Assembly (NCBI GenBank): GCA_052327205.1
Contig: CM126213.1
Span: 68,014,001-68,078,000 of the forward strand
Reading direction: 5' to 3'
From: Somniosus microcephalus
Taxonomy: Eukaryota
Length of the DNA: 64,000 nucleotides
Position numbers and translations under genes: made by a program. Positions 1-13,669 of the stretch are shown here, one piece after another; position 1 is the first letter of the stretch; every line of letters starts with the position of its first letter. The notes below the pieces were generated by a model. That model ran no database searches. It was given only the letters and a program-made list of their open reading frames with translations, and was not told the origin of the DNA.

Positions 1-604
1 CAGTAATTTCATCCCATAAAAACAAATTGCTATCATAGAATGGTAGAACTTCAGTTTTGCCCTGTGATTCTTCATTTAGCAAAATCAATCTCAACCAAGC
101 AGTCTAGTTAAGTTGGGAACTGGAAGTAAAGCATTTCACTTGCAAAATTTAGGGACAAGTAAAAATCTGGAGTGTGAATCAACACCCACCCACACCTCCT
201 GGCAATTAGACAGAGACTCTGCTCAAGCAATTGTGTGTAGCATCGATTGGGGCAGGAAAAGAAGAGAACCCAAGAAAATAGTTGCAATGGAAGAAAGGTA
301 ATAAATTAAAACAGGACCAGCAAAAACTTATGCCCAAGAACTATAACCTCACGCAAACAAATATTAAAAGCATGATAATGCCCATACACTAACAAAAATT
401 GTTTTAGTGCTCTAGATTATTAACTTATATACAGGATAACCAGACAGAAATGAGCACCATGAGGTTCTTGTATTGTAGAATTTTTATCCCATTCTTATGG
501 CCAGTTTCAGCCCCTTTGGCTTTAAAAATCCCTACTCTTCCCGATATGTTCAAAGCCCCATTTAAACTAATTTGCTACACAACTAAAATGACAATTTCTA
601 CCAT

Positions 605-1070
605 GTCAGCCATGGCTCAGTTGGTAGCACCATCGCCTCTGGGTCAGAAGGTTCTGGGTTCAAGTCCCATCCCAGAGGCTTGAGCACAAAAATCTAGGCC
701 GACACTCCAGTGCAGTGCTGAGGGAGTGCTGCGATGTCGGAGGTGCCGTCTTTCGCAGGAGATGTTAAACCGAGGCCCCATCGGCTCTCTCAAATGGACG
801 TAAAAGATCCTATGGCACTATTTCGATGAGGAGCAGGGAAGTTATCCCCGGTGTCCTGGCCAATATTTATACCTCAATCAACATCACAAACAGATTATCT
901 GGTCATTATCACATTGCTGTTTGTGGGAGTTTGCTGTGTGCAAATTGGCTGCCACGTTTCCTACATTACAACAATGACTACACTTCAAAAAGTACTTCAT
1001 TGGCTGTAAAATGCTTTTGGACGCCCGGTGGTTGTGAAAGGCGCTATATAAATGTAAGACTTTCTTTTTC
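605..1070 (+). mobile_element. tRNA-derived DeuSINE (SacSINE1-like) with L2-type tail
   Basis: A-box TGGCTCAGTTGG and B-box GGTTCAAGTCC, Deu-domain-like core (GCAGTGCTGAGGGAGTGCTGC...GTTAAACCGAGGCCCC), tail AAAGGCGCTATATAAATGTAAG; further copies in the window. Confidence 0.75.
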
Positions 1071-1152
1071 TTTCATTGTTATTGTGAACAAAAGGGGAAA
1101 AAATCTCTCACTGCACTCTTTTATTCATAAGATATCCACAGGTTATATAGAA

Positions 1153-3090
1153 ACATAGAAGATAGGAGCAGGAGTAGGCCATTCGGCCCCTCGAGCCTGC
1201 TCCACCACTCAATGCGATCATGGCTGATCATCCAAATTCAGTACCCTGTCCCTGCTTTCTCCCATATCCCTTTAGCCTTAAGAAATATATCCAACTCCTT
1301 CTTGAATATATTTAATGAATTGGCCTCTACTGCCTTCTGTGGTAGAGAATTCCACAGGTTCACTACTCTCTGGGTGAAGAAATTCCTCCTCATTTCTGTC
1401 CTAAATGGCTTACCCCTTATCCTTAGACTGTGACCCCTGGTTCTGGACTCCCCGAGGTATTGGTGAGGCCGCACCTGGAATACTGCATACAGTTTTGGTG
1501 TCCATACTTAAGAAAAGACATACTTGCTCTCGAGTCAGTACAAAGAAGGTTCACTCGGTTAATCCCGGGGATGAGGGGGTGGTCATATGAGGAGAGGTTG
1601 AGTAGATTGGGACTCTACTCATTGGAGTTCAGAAGAATGAGAGGCGATCTTATTGAAACATATAAGATTGTGACGGGGCTTGATTGGGTGGATGCGGTGA
1701 GGATGTTCCCAATGATGGGTGAAACTAGAACTAGGGGGCATAATCTTAAAATAAGGGGCTGCTCATTCAAAACTGAGATGAGGAGAAACTTCTTCACTCA
1801 GAGGGTGGTAGGTTTGTGGAATTTGCTGCCCCAGAAAGCTGTGGAAGCTACATCATTAAATAAATTTAAAACAGAAATAGATAGTTTCCTAGAAGTAAAG
1901 GGAATTAAGGGTTACGGGGAGCGGGCAGGAAATTGGACATGAGTCTGGGTTCGGAATGGTCATGGTCCTGTGGGTAGTGGAGTGGGCCCAGGGGCAGTGT
2001 AGCCTTGTTCTGCTCCTACTGTGTTCTAATTCTGTTAGATTTCAGGAGATGGTTTTATTCCTGTTCCTGGCTGGGGTGGAGATCGCCTTTACAGAAGGTA
2101 AGTACTGTAGAAAATATAGGGACAGAGTGATCTCCTGGAAGAATTTCGATCGCCTAGATGGGTCGGAGAGGAATTTCCCAGATTTTTTTCTCCCAAATTG
2201 GCCATTGGGTCTTTATCTGGTTTTTCGCCTCTCCCGGGAGATCACATGGGTTTGGGTGGATGCAGTGTGATAGAAGATTTGAGGTTAGGATCAGATCAGC
2301 CATGATCTTATTGAATGGTGGAGCAGGCTCGAGGGGCCGATTGGCCTACTCCTGCTCCTATTTCTTATGTTCTTATGTAACATCCTTCCTGCATGTCAGA
2401 ATTTTATAAGTTTCAATGAGATCCCCTCTCATTCTTCTAAACTCCCGCGAATATAAGCCCAATCGACCCAATCTCTCCTCATACGTCATTCCTGCCATCC
2501 CAGGTATCAGACTGGTGAATCTTCGCTAAACTCCCTCTATGGCAAGAACATCCTTCCTCAGATAAGGCGACCAAAACTGTACACAATATTCAAGATGTGG
2601 TCTCACCAAGGCCCTGTACAACTGCAGCAAGACATCCTTGTTCCTGTACTCAAACCTTCTTAACCGCCTGCTGCACCTGCATGCTTACCTTCAGCGACTG
2701 GTGCACAAGGACACCCAGGTCTCGTTGCACTTCCCCTTCTCCCAATCTATTGCCATTCAGATAATAATCTGCCTTCCTGTTTTTGACACCAAAGTGGATA
2801 ACCTCACATTTATCCACGTTATATTGCATCTGCCATGCTTCTGCCCAATCACCCAACCTGTCCAAATCATCCTGGAGTTTCTCGGCATCCTCCTCACAGC
2901 ACACACGCCCACCCAGCTTTGTGTCGTCTGCAAATTTGGAGATATTACATCTAGTTCCCTTGTCTAGATCATCAATATATATTGTGAATAGCTGGGGTCC
3001 ACGGACCAATCCATGCGGTACCCCACTAGTCACTGCCTGCCACTCAGAAAAAGACCCGTTTATTCCAACTCTTTGCTTTCTGTCTGCCAA
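1153..3090 (-). mobile_element. 5'-truncated CR1 LINE (RT C-terminus and 3' tail), interrupted by a plus-strand CR1 at about 1455-2378
   Basis: Minus ORFs GPQLFTIYIDDLD...SKFADDTKLGG (2650-3099) and RNFFTQRVVNLWNSLP (1238-1474); CR1 3' hairpin and (TTTCTATG)n-type tail at 1153. Confidence 0.85.
1455..2378 (+). mobile_element. CR1 LINE 3' fragment nested in an opposite-strand CR1
   Basis: [16 protein letters not shown]...RMRGDLIETYKI...WNLLP; ends in TTCTTATGTTCTTATG. Confidence 0.85.
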
Positions 3091-5326
3091 ATATTCCAAG
3101 TCTTATCAGATTTTCTTATGACCCAAATGAACATATGCAAATTGAAGAGTGAAAAATACTTACATTACTGTTGCAACATTATTGCATTTGGAAAATTGTC
3201 ACATTTCTTAACAATGAGCTATTTAACCCTATGATGACAACATGACAGCAGTCATTCAATGCTCAGACACTGGCTGCGCTGTTCCTGTGCCCCCGCCGCC
3301 ACCACATCCCCACCCCCCCACTATCCCTCATAGCCGGCAATTAGTGTAATCAGTGAAACTGATGGAAACTTGGGCTTTTCCACGGTAATGTCGCTGGTAA
3401 ATACCCCATTAAAGGTTAAGCCTTGTTTGAATATGTGTAACTGAGGTTTTAACAGCATATTGACTGCTAAACAAACGTCATGGCCCTAAAAAACTCATTT
3501 TAATTTTGTGGCGTGTCAAATTTCTCCATTATGATAAAAGACAATTTTTAAGAAATTTAAAAAAAAAGTTTTAAAGTCCAGTAATGATATTTCAGGTTCC
3601 ACCTTATCTCTATTAGGGAGCCCCAATCTTTGTTTTGCTCTCTCTAACATTTTTTAAAAGTCCGGATAAAATCAGCTTCTCATTGCCTGGTTCCCTGTCT
3701 GAGCATTCTGCAAAGTGATTGGCCGCTTAGGCAGCTTGTTGATGTCACAGCAGCTCATACTAGGGATTCCCATTACAGAGTGCTGAAATCACCTGAATGT
3801 CGAAAAAGGCAAACTTCTCGCCACAGAGATCGTGTGGGCAACATTCTTCAGGGCCAGCGGCGAATGCCTTTGCTTCGCCGCTGATTAAAAATAATGGCCC
3901 AGAATTTGCAGTCATATAGGGTTTGCTTTTTCCTAAAAGGCTACAAATTCTCCTGGTACAGATACAGCACCCTGACAGAAGGACAAGGGTTATTCCTAGC
4001 ACAATTTGCATTAAACCCTGTAACTGCAAATGGATATTTTGCATGTCAGATTTAATGTTCCATAAAATAAGGTTACACTATCCATTAGCTAAGATTGCAA
4101 GAGGCAGAGTGGTGATTCTTAACGAGCTGCGATAAATGTGTATTAACTTGTTACTGTAACAAAGAATACTGCAAGAATATATGCAGAAAAATGTTCAAAA
4201 AAGTGTTCTTCTAAACACTGGGACTCAAAATGGATGGTGCAGCATCTTTACCCCCCTTCAATTGGAAGATGCCTCAAAAATCTAATTGATAGTGATCATT
4301 TCAACTTAATATAAAAATTTGCTTTGGTTAGCCATCAAAATATTTCCTAGGCAGTATCCAATAACTCAGCTTAATTAGATGGAGTCAACTTAGAACTCCA
4401 TATTCAGTACTTTAGCATTCCAATACTGGGAGGGCTAGAATTTCATGGTAATCCAGGCACACCAAACGAGAACACAGCACACTGCTGCTTTTGTTAGTAC
4501 ATTAGATGTCAATTTAGCAGACCAGTCAGGAGGCAGGGTTTGGGTCTACAAAAAGCAGTAACACTCCATATTTTTTAAAAATCAATGTTATTACAGTTGG
4601 ATACTGCTTTGATGGGAACACCATACGCATGCATAGATCACGGAGATGCTGCTATTTGAATTTATACAGAACTGAAAAAAATTCTGATTTTATACTTGCC
4701 AGTTCACTTTCTTTAAAAAGAAATGACAGACTTAGAGGGCAAACACCCATTAATGTGCAACTTAGACACAATATTTTACAACTGTTCTCAATAGAGAAGT
4801 TATAAATTAAAACACAAAAAAGTTGGAGAAGTGAACGCCTGTAGGCAGTTATAAAAGTGGCATTCATTACAATGGCTCGGAATATGAAAGTTCCTAATTT
4901 GACTGTACAGGATTTCATAAGAAAAGCAGATTTCTGAATAATGAAATATGTTTGATTACTCAAGAATTTTCAGTCAGCTATCCATTTGAAGGAAAAATAT
5001 CCAACAGTATTCCATGCAAGATGTAGAGGATACTGTACATAAAGTTGATGTTAAGGATATTCAATGGGCAAGTTTGAAACACTAATTTTATCAAGTAAGG
5101 ATTAAAATAACAGGGGCTACTAGAACTCTAAATACAAATTATTTCCTGTATGGGTTTAAAGGCTACACAAGTAGTAAACAGAAAAATCTCTCAGAAATAC
5201 TACTATCAATGGACTCATATTTCACAGCCAACATAGCCAGCTCATCTGCAGTGATGGCTTCTCCTCCTGTCCGGAGTACCCCAAAGTGCCATCCTTAATC
5301 ACCTCTTTCTTTAAAAAAAAATATTT

Positions 5327-6030
5327 ATAGAATAGTACAGCACAGAAGGAGGTCATTCAGTCCATCGAGTATGCGGCAGCTCTTTTGAAGAGCAATCCAG
5401 TTAGTCCCACTCCCCCGCTCTTTCCCCATATTCCTGTAATTTTTTTCTCCTTCGAGTATTTATCCAATTCCCTTTTGAAGGCTAGTATTGAATCTGTATC
5501 CACCACCCTATCAGGTAGTGCATTCCAAATCCGAACCACTCGTTGTGTAAAAATGTTTTTCCTCATGTCGCCTCTGGTTCTTTTGCCAATCACTTTAAAT
5601 CTGTGTCCTCTGGTTATCGACCCTTCAGCCGTTGGAAACAGTTTCTCTTTATTTAATTTATCTAAACTTGTCATTATTTTAAACACCTCTATCAAATCTC
5701 CTCTTAGCCTTCTCTGCTTCAAGGAGAACAACCCCAGCTTCTCCAGTCTATCCACGAAATTATAATCCTCATCCCTGGAACCATTCTAGTAAATCTCTTC
5801 CGTACCCTCTCAAAAGCCTTCACGTGTTTCCTACATAGTGTGGTGCCCAGAATTGGACACAATACTCCAGTTGGGACTGAACTAGTGTTTTTTGTTTAGC
5901 ATAACTTCCTGGGTTTTGTACTCTATACCCAGGATCCCATAAGCTTGATTAGCTGCATTGTTAACCTATCCTGCCACCTTCAAAGATTTGTGCAGAAGCA
6001 CCCCCAGGTCTCTCTGTTCTTGCACTTCCT
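5327..6030 (-). mobile_element. CR1 LINE 3' fragment
   Basis: ORF 5357-5755 LGLFSLKQRRLRGDLIEVFKI...QRVVRIWNALP; CR1 3' end near 5327. Confidence 0.85.
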
Positions 6031-6865
6031 ACTGTCTCTCAGTGACATTATCTGTAGGCATAGGGTCAGTTTCCAATAAATGATCCCAGAGCACAAACTG
6101 CATAGCATCTCGATTTTCTTCAGGTAGAATTATATCTCCTGATGCCATCTCTTAAAATGACCTTGCACCTCCCACTCCCATAAACCACACTCATTCAGCT
6201 GACTGGAATACCTCCCCATTGAAAATTGCAGTACCCATTCTTTCCTTCCTAAGAAAAAGCATCACCCCACCGCACCCCCCCCCCCCCCACCCCACCCATA
6301 GACAACTGTGCAACCCAGCCCCTCGGAGCCAAAAATATATACTTACACTCACCATTCCGCTTAGATACGCTTAGGACCATCTCCTCTCCTTTAATCTTCT
6401 GGGTTTCTAGGATTGTTTCTGCCTTTCTATTACCTTTGGCCATGTTATTAAGTATGACATCATGTCAGTATTTTACTTAGCGACATGTACCTAGTCTGGT
6501 TAAAAAAATATTGCACCATGTATTTCCACCATTTTCTGTTTCTATAAATGCAAGTCTTTCTTTTCTTTTTAAGAGTATGAAAATCCTCCTAATAATTTTA
6601 CTAAGAGTAAACGCGAGGACGAAACACTGAGGGAAGTTTGAACTTAGAACAACAACAACTTGCATTCATTTAGTGCCTTTAAGTAATAAAATGCCCTCAA
6701 GGAACATCCCAAGGATGAAACCATTTTGCTAAAATCAACTGGGAGAATTTTACCCTTTAGTGTCCTGGCAATGAACCTCAGCACAAGCAATGTCAAAGGT
6801 CAATTTCTTCTCTTCTAATAAATCTTTTTCCACCCATGTATTACTGACTGTCATTTCTTGGGTTA

Positions 6866-7140
6866 GGATTAAGAGTCATAAATACAAGATAGTCACTAAT
6901 AAATCGAATAAGGAATTCAGGAGAAACTTCTTTACTCAGACATGAGAATGTGAAATGTGCTGCTACATGCAGTTGTTGAGACAAATAGTATAGATGCATT
7001 TAAGGGTAAGCTAGATAGTTACATGAGGGAGAAAGGAATAGAAGGATACGCTGATAGGGCTAGATGAAGTAAGGTGAGAAGAGGATTGTGTGCAGCATAA
7101 ACCAGTTGAGATGAATGGCCTGTTTCTGTCCTGCAAATTC
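6866..7140 (+). mobile_element. Degraded CR1 3' fragment
   Basis: AGGAGAAACTTCTTTACTCAGA...GATGCATTTAAGGGTAAGCTAGAT matches the CR1 ORF2 end seen elsewhere in the window. Confidence 0.6.
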
Positions 7141-7473
7141 CACGCGATAGCGGGAGCATTTTTTTTTAAATGCACACTTCGATCAAGTTAAGTAAGTTTA
7201 CATCCATAATAATTTTCAGTATTTTAACCAACCATCAATAAGGCAAATCATTCTGCCTGTGCAAGGAGCCCAGTGTTATATATCAGGGGATTTTTCAGCA
7301 TTGCAAGGAGTGAGCTGAAATCTTTATTTAAAAAAATGCCTAGCCCAGGCAGCACATAATTCCCTGGAGCTGCTAGTAGTCGAAGGATTGGAATACTGGA
7401 TCATGATTTCTCTTCATAGTGCATAAATACACTATCTAGTGTGGTACTGAGCCACACAACCAAGATAGTTCTA

Positions 7474-7659
7474 TGATGTGGAGATGCCGGTGTTGGGCTG
7501 GGGTGGACAAATGCGAGAAGTCACACAACACCAGGTTATAGTCCAACAGCTTTATTTGAAATCACAAGCTTTCGGAGCGCTGCTCCTTCGTCAGCAGCGC
7601 TCCGAAAGCTTGTGATTTCAAATAAAGCTGTTGGACTATAACCTGGTGTTGTGTGACTT
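7474..7659. mobile_element. Penelope-like element pseudo-LTR in inverted arrangement with hammerhead ribozyme core; 12-bp TSD
   Basis: 67-bp perfect inverted arms (7518-7584, 7593-7659); minus strand CTGACGA-AGGAGC-AGC-GCTCC-GAAA-GCTT; flanked by AAGATAGTTCTA at 7462-7473 and 7660-7671. Confidence 0.75.
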
Positions 7660-7787
7660 AAGATAGTTCTAGTTTGAATCCTGGTCTGTACTTTTTTTCT
7701 TTAAATGCAAAAGCAGGATGAAGGCCTACAAACCAGTGCAGTAGGACCCCACCAAGGCTGAAAATGTGAGACACAGGATGAGGTAAA

Positions 7788-9838
7788 TCATAGAGCCAGA
7801 GTCATAACAGCACAGGGGGAGGCCATTCGGCCCATCGAGTCCGTGCCGGCTCTCTGTAGAGCAATCCCATTGCCCCACTCTATCCCCGTAGCCCTGCAAG
7901 TGCCTATCCAGTCTCCCCTTGAAAACATTGAGTGCCTCCACTTCCACTGGTAGCAAATTCCAGGTCATCGCCACTCGCTGCATAAAAAAGTTTTTTCTCA
8001 CATCCCCCCTGTATCTCTTGCCCAAAAACTTCAATCTGTGTCCCCTCGTCCTTGTATCATCAACTAGTGGGGACAGCCTTTCCCCGTCTAGCCTATCCAA
8101 ACCCATCATAATCTTGTACGCCTCTATCAAATCACACCTCAACCTCCTTTGCTCGAATGAAAACAAATCTAGCTTCTCCAACCTGTCCTCGTAGCAAAAA
8201 GATTCCCCATCCCCGGAACCATTCTGGTAAATCTCCTCTGCACCCTCTCAAGGGCCTTCACATCCTTCCTAAAGTGTGGTGACCAGAACTGGACGTAATA
8301 CTCCAGTTGTGGCCGAACCAGAGCTTTATAAAGGTCCAGCATAACTTCCTTGCTTTTGTACTCAATACCTCTATTAATGAAGCCCAAGATCCCAGATGCT
8401 TTGCTAACTTACTCTCAATATGTCCTGCCACCTTCAAAGACCTATGCAAGTGAACCCCCAGGTCCCTCTGTCCCTGCACACTCTTTAGAACTGCGCCATT
8501 AAATCTAGTACCCCTCCCTATCCCTTCTACCAAAATGCATCACCTCACACTTCTCTGTATTAAATTCCATCTGCCACTTGTCTGCCCATTCTGCTAGCCT
8601 ATCTATGTCCTGTTGCAGTCGATTGGTAGCCTCCTCACTGTTTGCCACATCCCCAAGTTTGGCATCATCTGCAAATTTTTAAATTTTACCCTGTATTCCA
8701 ATATCCAAGTCATTTCAAAAAAAGCAGTCGCCCCAGCACTGACCCTTGGGGAACACCACTGTCTACCATCCTCCAGTCTGAAAAACAGCCAATCACAACT
8801 CGCTGTTTTCTGTCCTTAAGCCAATTCCTTATCCAAGCTGCCACTGACCCACCTATTCCATGAGCCTCAATTTTGTTAACCAGCCTTCTATGTGGTACTT
8901 TGTCAAAGGCCTTCCGAAAATCCATGTAGACAACCACTGCATTCCCTTCATCAATCCTCTCTGTTACTTCATCAAAAAATTCAATTAGTCAAACAGGATC
9001 TTCCTTTTACAAATCCGTGTTGGCTCTCCTTAATTAGCTTAAACCTCTCCAAGTGCCCGTTAATTTTTCCCTTGGATTATTGTTTCTAAAACTTTACCCA
9101 CCACTGATGTTAAACTGACCAGCCTGTAGTTACTAGGATTGTCCTTACACCCTTTCTTTAACAATGGTGTCATAGTTGCCACTTTCCAATCCTCAGGCGC
9201 TTCCCCCGCATCTAGGGAAGATTGGAAAATTATGGCAAGTCCTTCCGCTATCTCCTCCCCCAATTCCCTTAGCAATCTGGGATGCAAGCCATCTGGACCA
9301 GGCGACTTGTCCACTCGAAGAATACCCAGCCTTTCTAGTACATCCTGTATCAATTTTCACCCCTTCCGTTGCTTCTACCGATATTTTGTCAGCATCCACC
9401 TCCTTAGTAAACACCGATACAAAGTACTCATTGAGTATTCTAGCCTTGCCCTGCGCCTCTAAGCATATATCACCTTCTATGTCTCTAATAGGCCCCACCC
9501 TGCCTCTTACTACCCGCTTACTGTTTACATGCCAGATGATGATTTTTGGGCTCCCTTTTATGTTAACCGCCATTCTACCCTCATATTCTCTCTTTGTCAA
9601 TCTTATTTTCATCATCACATCCCCTCCCAACTTATTGTATTTGGTCTGATTCTCCCTTGAAATATTCACCTGACATGCATCATACACCCTCTTTTTTTGT
9701 TTCATCATCTTCTCTATCTCCCTCATCATCCAAGGAGCCCTTGCTTTGGTTCCCTTGCCCTTCCCTCTTGTTGGAATGTACCTAATCTGTACTTGGAACA
9801 TCTCCTCCTTAAAGATCACCCATTGTTCCGTTACAGTT
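7788..9838 (-). mobile_element. Degraded CR1 LINE ORF2 (linker and RT) with multiple frameshifts
   Basis: Fragments DKSPGPDGLHPRLLREL, NYRLVSLTSVVGK, VYMDFRKAFDKVPH, SGVPQGSVLG, LVRPQLEYYVQFWSP. Confidence 0.9.
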
Positions 9839-12800
9839 ACAGTGAGTAGTGATCAGGTGATGTCAAGCTTGAGCACCTCCTCACTATTCAGTGACCACTA
9901 CTGGAAAATGCCTATGAGAAAGTGGGCAAGGACAGAGCAATTCTCAGTTTTGCTCCTCACCACTGTCAAACCACCTGTTCACAGTTAGTATCTTCAGCAG
10001 ACCATACATGAAGGGATAGCATTTGGGGAAGGTACTAGAAGATTGACAATGAGGAAAACGAGAGAGAGAAAAAAAAAATGTTTGGGGCTGGGTAGCATCT
10101 GCATCATGTTACCTCCCAGTCCCTATTGAATCAGTTAGAACAAGTCTGATTTCACCAGTCTTCCTTCATAACTTAGCATCAATCACCAAAACTGTCCTTT
10201 TTCCTGAATCCTTTCGAATACATTATCAAAAACACCATAAAAATCTTTTCCAAGACCAAACCTACCATCTATCTGCAGCAGCTATAGATTGATTGTTGAA
10301 TTCAATAAACCATTCAAGATTTCCAACAGATACGCAGCTCCGAAGAACAGCATAACAGATAAAGGAATTTCATTAAGTCAACATTGGCAATCTCCTGAGA
10401 ATGAAACAAATACATGCTAGAACACATGTGGCACTGTACAAAGCTGGTACTTTAAGTCTCATATATCTTACTTTTTGAACAATCTGCAGTTCTATTGAGC
10501 ATCCAACTAAAGAAGAATATTAAGACAATTCAATATTACAAGACAAAAATTGTTATGTTGGATGAAACTATGTTGCTACTTCACTTTCATTCAACCAGGG
10601 CTCAACCTATATAATCTGCTGGAGGAATGAGGAGGTAAAAAGGTTAAAAAACACAAAAACGGTTTATGTCTTGTATGGCTTGTAACTTTTCCCACCCTCT
10701 CCAGGCAAAGTAGAGCTAAAAAGATAAACCAAAGATGCTCAAAATGCACAGGAGACTCATTAATACCAGAGACAGATATTGCTTTATGAGGGACCTTTCT
10801 GGTTTCAGAGTGTTATTCGTCAACCTCGGAGAAAGGGTTGAGGTTATGTACAATCCAGCATTAGTCTCCAAACTCTTCATAAACTACTAGTACACAACAA
10901 ATGCCTATCTCTAACTCACCTTGTATCACAGGTGATCCCAAAAAAATAAATCTGAAGTGGAAATAAATTCAACACTCGATTTGTAACTGGATCGTACTAT
11001 TGCTCAGCTCACTAGTACATAGTGCATAACTTCTATAACTAAAAACAATGAAGTACCAAGCAGAACTGCACACACACACCTTACAATGTTGTTGCACTGT
11101 ACCTGGTGCTGCAGTAGTGGCAACATTTGAACAGCAAACCAACAATCGCCATGGAGTGGGGGGGGGGGGGGGGGGGGGGAGGAGGAGAAGGGGAGGTTGT
11201 GTTTACAGAACTCTACACAAGCATGTTTCAACCCACATATATGGTACTGCATTCCAGCTTTCTGATTGTAGCAATACTTTTACCGATTGAAAGGAGTTCA
11301 GCTAGCTTATTGCCTTCTAAATCAGTAATAGAAAGGCAGCAAATAAGCCCACTTTTGTTTAAAAAAGGTACATACAGTAAAAGGCAGGCTTCACAAAATT
11401 AACAGAGCAAAACTAACAATGCAAGGCCAAATTGCTTAGACTGATAACTCAACACTGCTGCTGCATGCCCTATGTTGAACTATTGGCAGTGGTGCTAAAA
11501 AGGTGCAGTATAATAGCTGTCATTACATTCATTATATGAGGTAAAGGCACTCCCAAGCTTACCATCTAGCAGCTGTAATTGTGCATCACCTCTGACATGA
11601 TTTTCTATATTGTCAAATTGCACTGTTTTTCTACCTTGTTCTTGATACTTAATTAAACATTGTGCTTGTAGGGCATCACTTACAAAAAAGTGCCACACAC
11701 TTCAAGAGATCTGATAAACATTTTGACACACAAAAACCTCACCCTTCTTTCCACAAGAAGCAAAACTGATTTTCTAACTTTTGCAGTAGCAATTCACTCG
11801 TTAGTGTCAGCTTTAAGCTGTTTCAAAAGTTAAGACAAGATATGTTATAATACTCACCAAGGCAATCCTTCAAATGCAGCTGCAATGCTGGTGATTTTTA
11901 TATGTTCCGTGTCCATATATTTATCACCAATTAAACGTGCAACACAAGAGTAAAAAATTGAATGTGAAGGAGAATTAAATACTAAAGCTAAAAGAGGCCA
12001 ATTAAAAGCTAAGTTTCACAATGTACAGTACTCCCTTTCCTCAAAAATTCCCACCACTATTTCAAAAGCAGCATTCCATGTCTGTTTCAAAATCATGGGA
12101 TCATTCTCAAGTACAAGGGGAAAAAATGACTGCAGACAGCACTACTGCAATGGAATATCTTAAACCTTTATTTGAATGGTAACTGAAACAGAACAGCAAT
12201 TATAAACAAAGTATTTTTTAAATGATCAGAGGAACTAAAATTAAGCTTAGTCTCACTCAAATCTGCAGCGTTTTGGGCTTCTCCTCATCTCAAATCCACA
12301 GCCTAGCTGAATCCAAAAGGTGACATTCCCTATTTAACCAGTATCAGCAAGGAGAGCAGAGCAACATCATTCTGGAGTCAAATTTAAGATAGGGCCAATA
12401 TTCTTCTAAACTGGGCTTTAAATACAGGACAAACTAAGATTATTTTTGGCATGTGTGCCCCATTTTGCATATGGCCAAAATACAAATTGAAACACCTACA
12501 TTGTAGCTTCTCATCGAAGCGGCCTATATTCATCAGATGCCTTTTGGATGTCATTAAAGGGTATTTTCTTTGTTGATGACACTAGCATTAACAAAGTGGT
12601 CAACTTCCCAGCTGACAAGACAAGCAGTGACAAAACCATTGCAGGTAGACAGAACTGGGCATTTTATCTTTGGTACTGGGAATAATTGTCAAGAAAGATT
12701 GACAATTATGCTGCTAGTAACCTCTAGTCTGAAAGAAATACCAAGCTCTTTTCAATTAAAAATGCAACTCCCCGATATTAAAATTACATCTAAAACCACT

Positions 12801-13669
12801 TTCCTCTTGAACTCAACAGTCCAAATCCATACAGACCAGAGGAATGGGTAAGACTGGCTTATTTCTGTTCTAGAGCCAGCTCTACTACAAAAGTCAGGCA
12901 GCCACTCTTCATCCACATCCTAACAAAAAAAAGAAAACCCCCCCTATGAGTTTACCATGGGGAACGTATCTGCAAGCTATGTGCTATGCCTTCACTGATT
13001 CTCTCACAAATGTATGCACCAATATGCTTTATGACCTGCTGCATCTCTGCTCCACTCCACTAACTTGCTCATATCCTTCAAAAAGGATAGTTTTGGCATA
13101 GGCTAAGTTTTTAAGCAAGTGGAAAATTGATTTACACAGACTCAAAATAAGCCCTGCTATCCAAGCAACTTGATAATTTAAAAAACATTTTTTCACCATA
13201 TTAGCACATTCACAAAATACCCCCAATAAATAGCAGTCAGAAGCATCTAGGCCAATCGTACCCTGCCACATTACAAACAAGATGCAGGAAGGCTTACTGC
13301 CAAAATAAACAAACATTGAAGAATGAATGGATGGTGTAAATGTTATGGATCTGGAAGTTACGTTTTTAATTAGTCTATTTTGTTTCCTTGCGTTCGTATG
13401 TAGTGTCATTATTTAATGGACGAGAAATATACAACTCATTACATCAAAAAGTGTTATTTGAAAATATGTAGCTGGAGAATTACAAAAATTTCTACTAACT
13501 CATCCTCCGCACAGCTGTATGGTTTTCATTAAGTTCAAAAGGTGGCAGTCTCACCAACAGAGCTCCTTTTTAAAAATATAAGATCAGTTAACAGCACAGA
13601 TTAGGAATTGAACTGGAGACCATACTGGTCTGCATGGCTCAATTACACACAATGCAGTGCCATTTACCC

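Noticed and set aside
11851-11960. Minus-strand donor-like site GGTGAGTA as a possible CDC42BPB exon 2
   Set aside because: Upstream translation does not match the expected [30 protein letters not shown]
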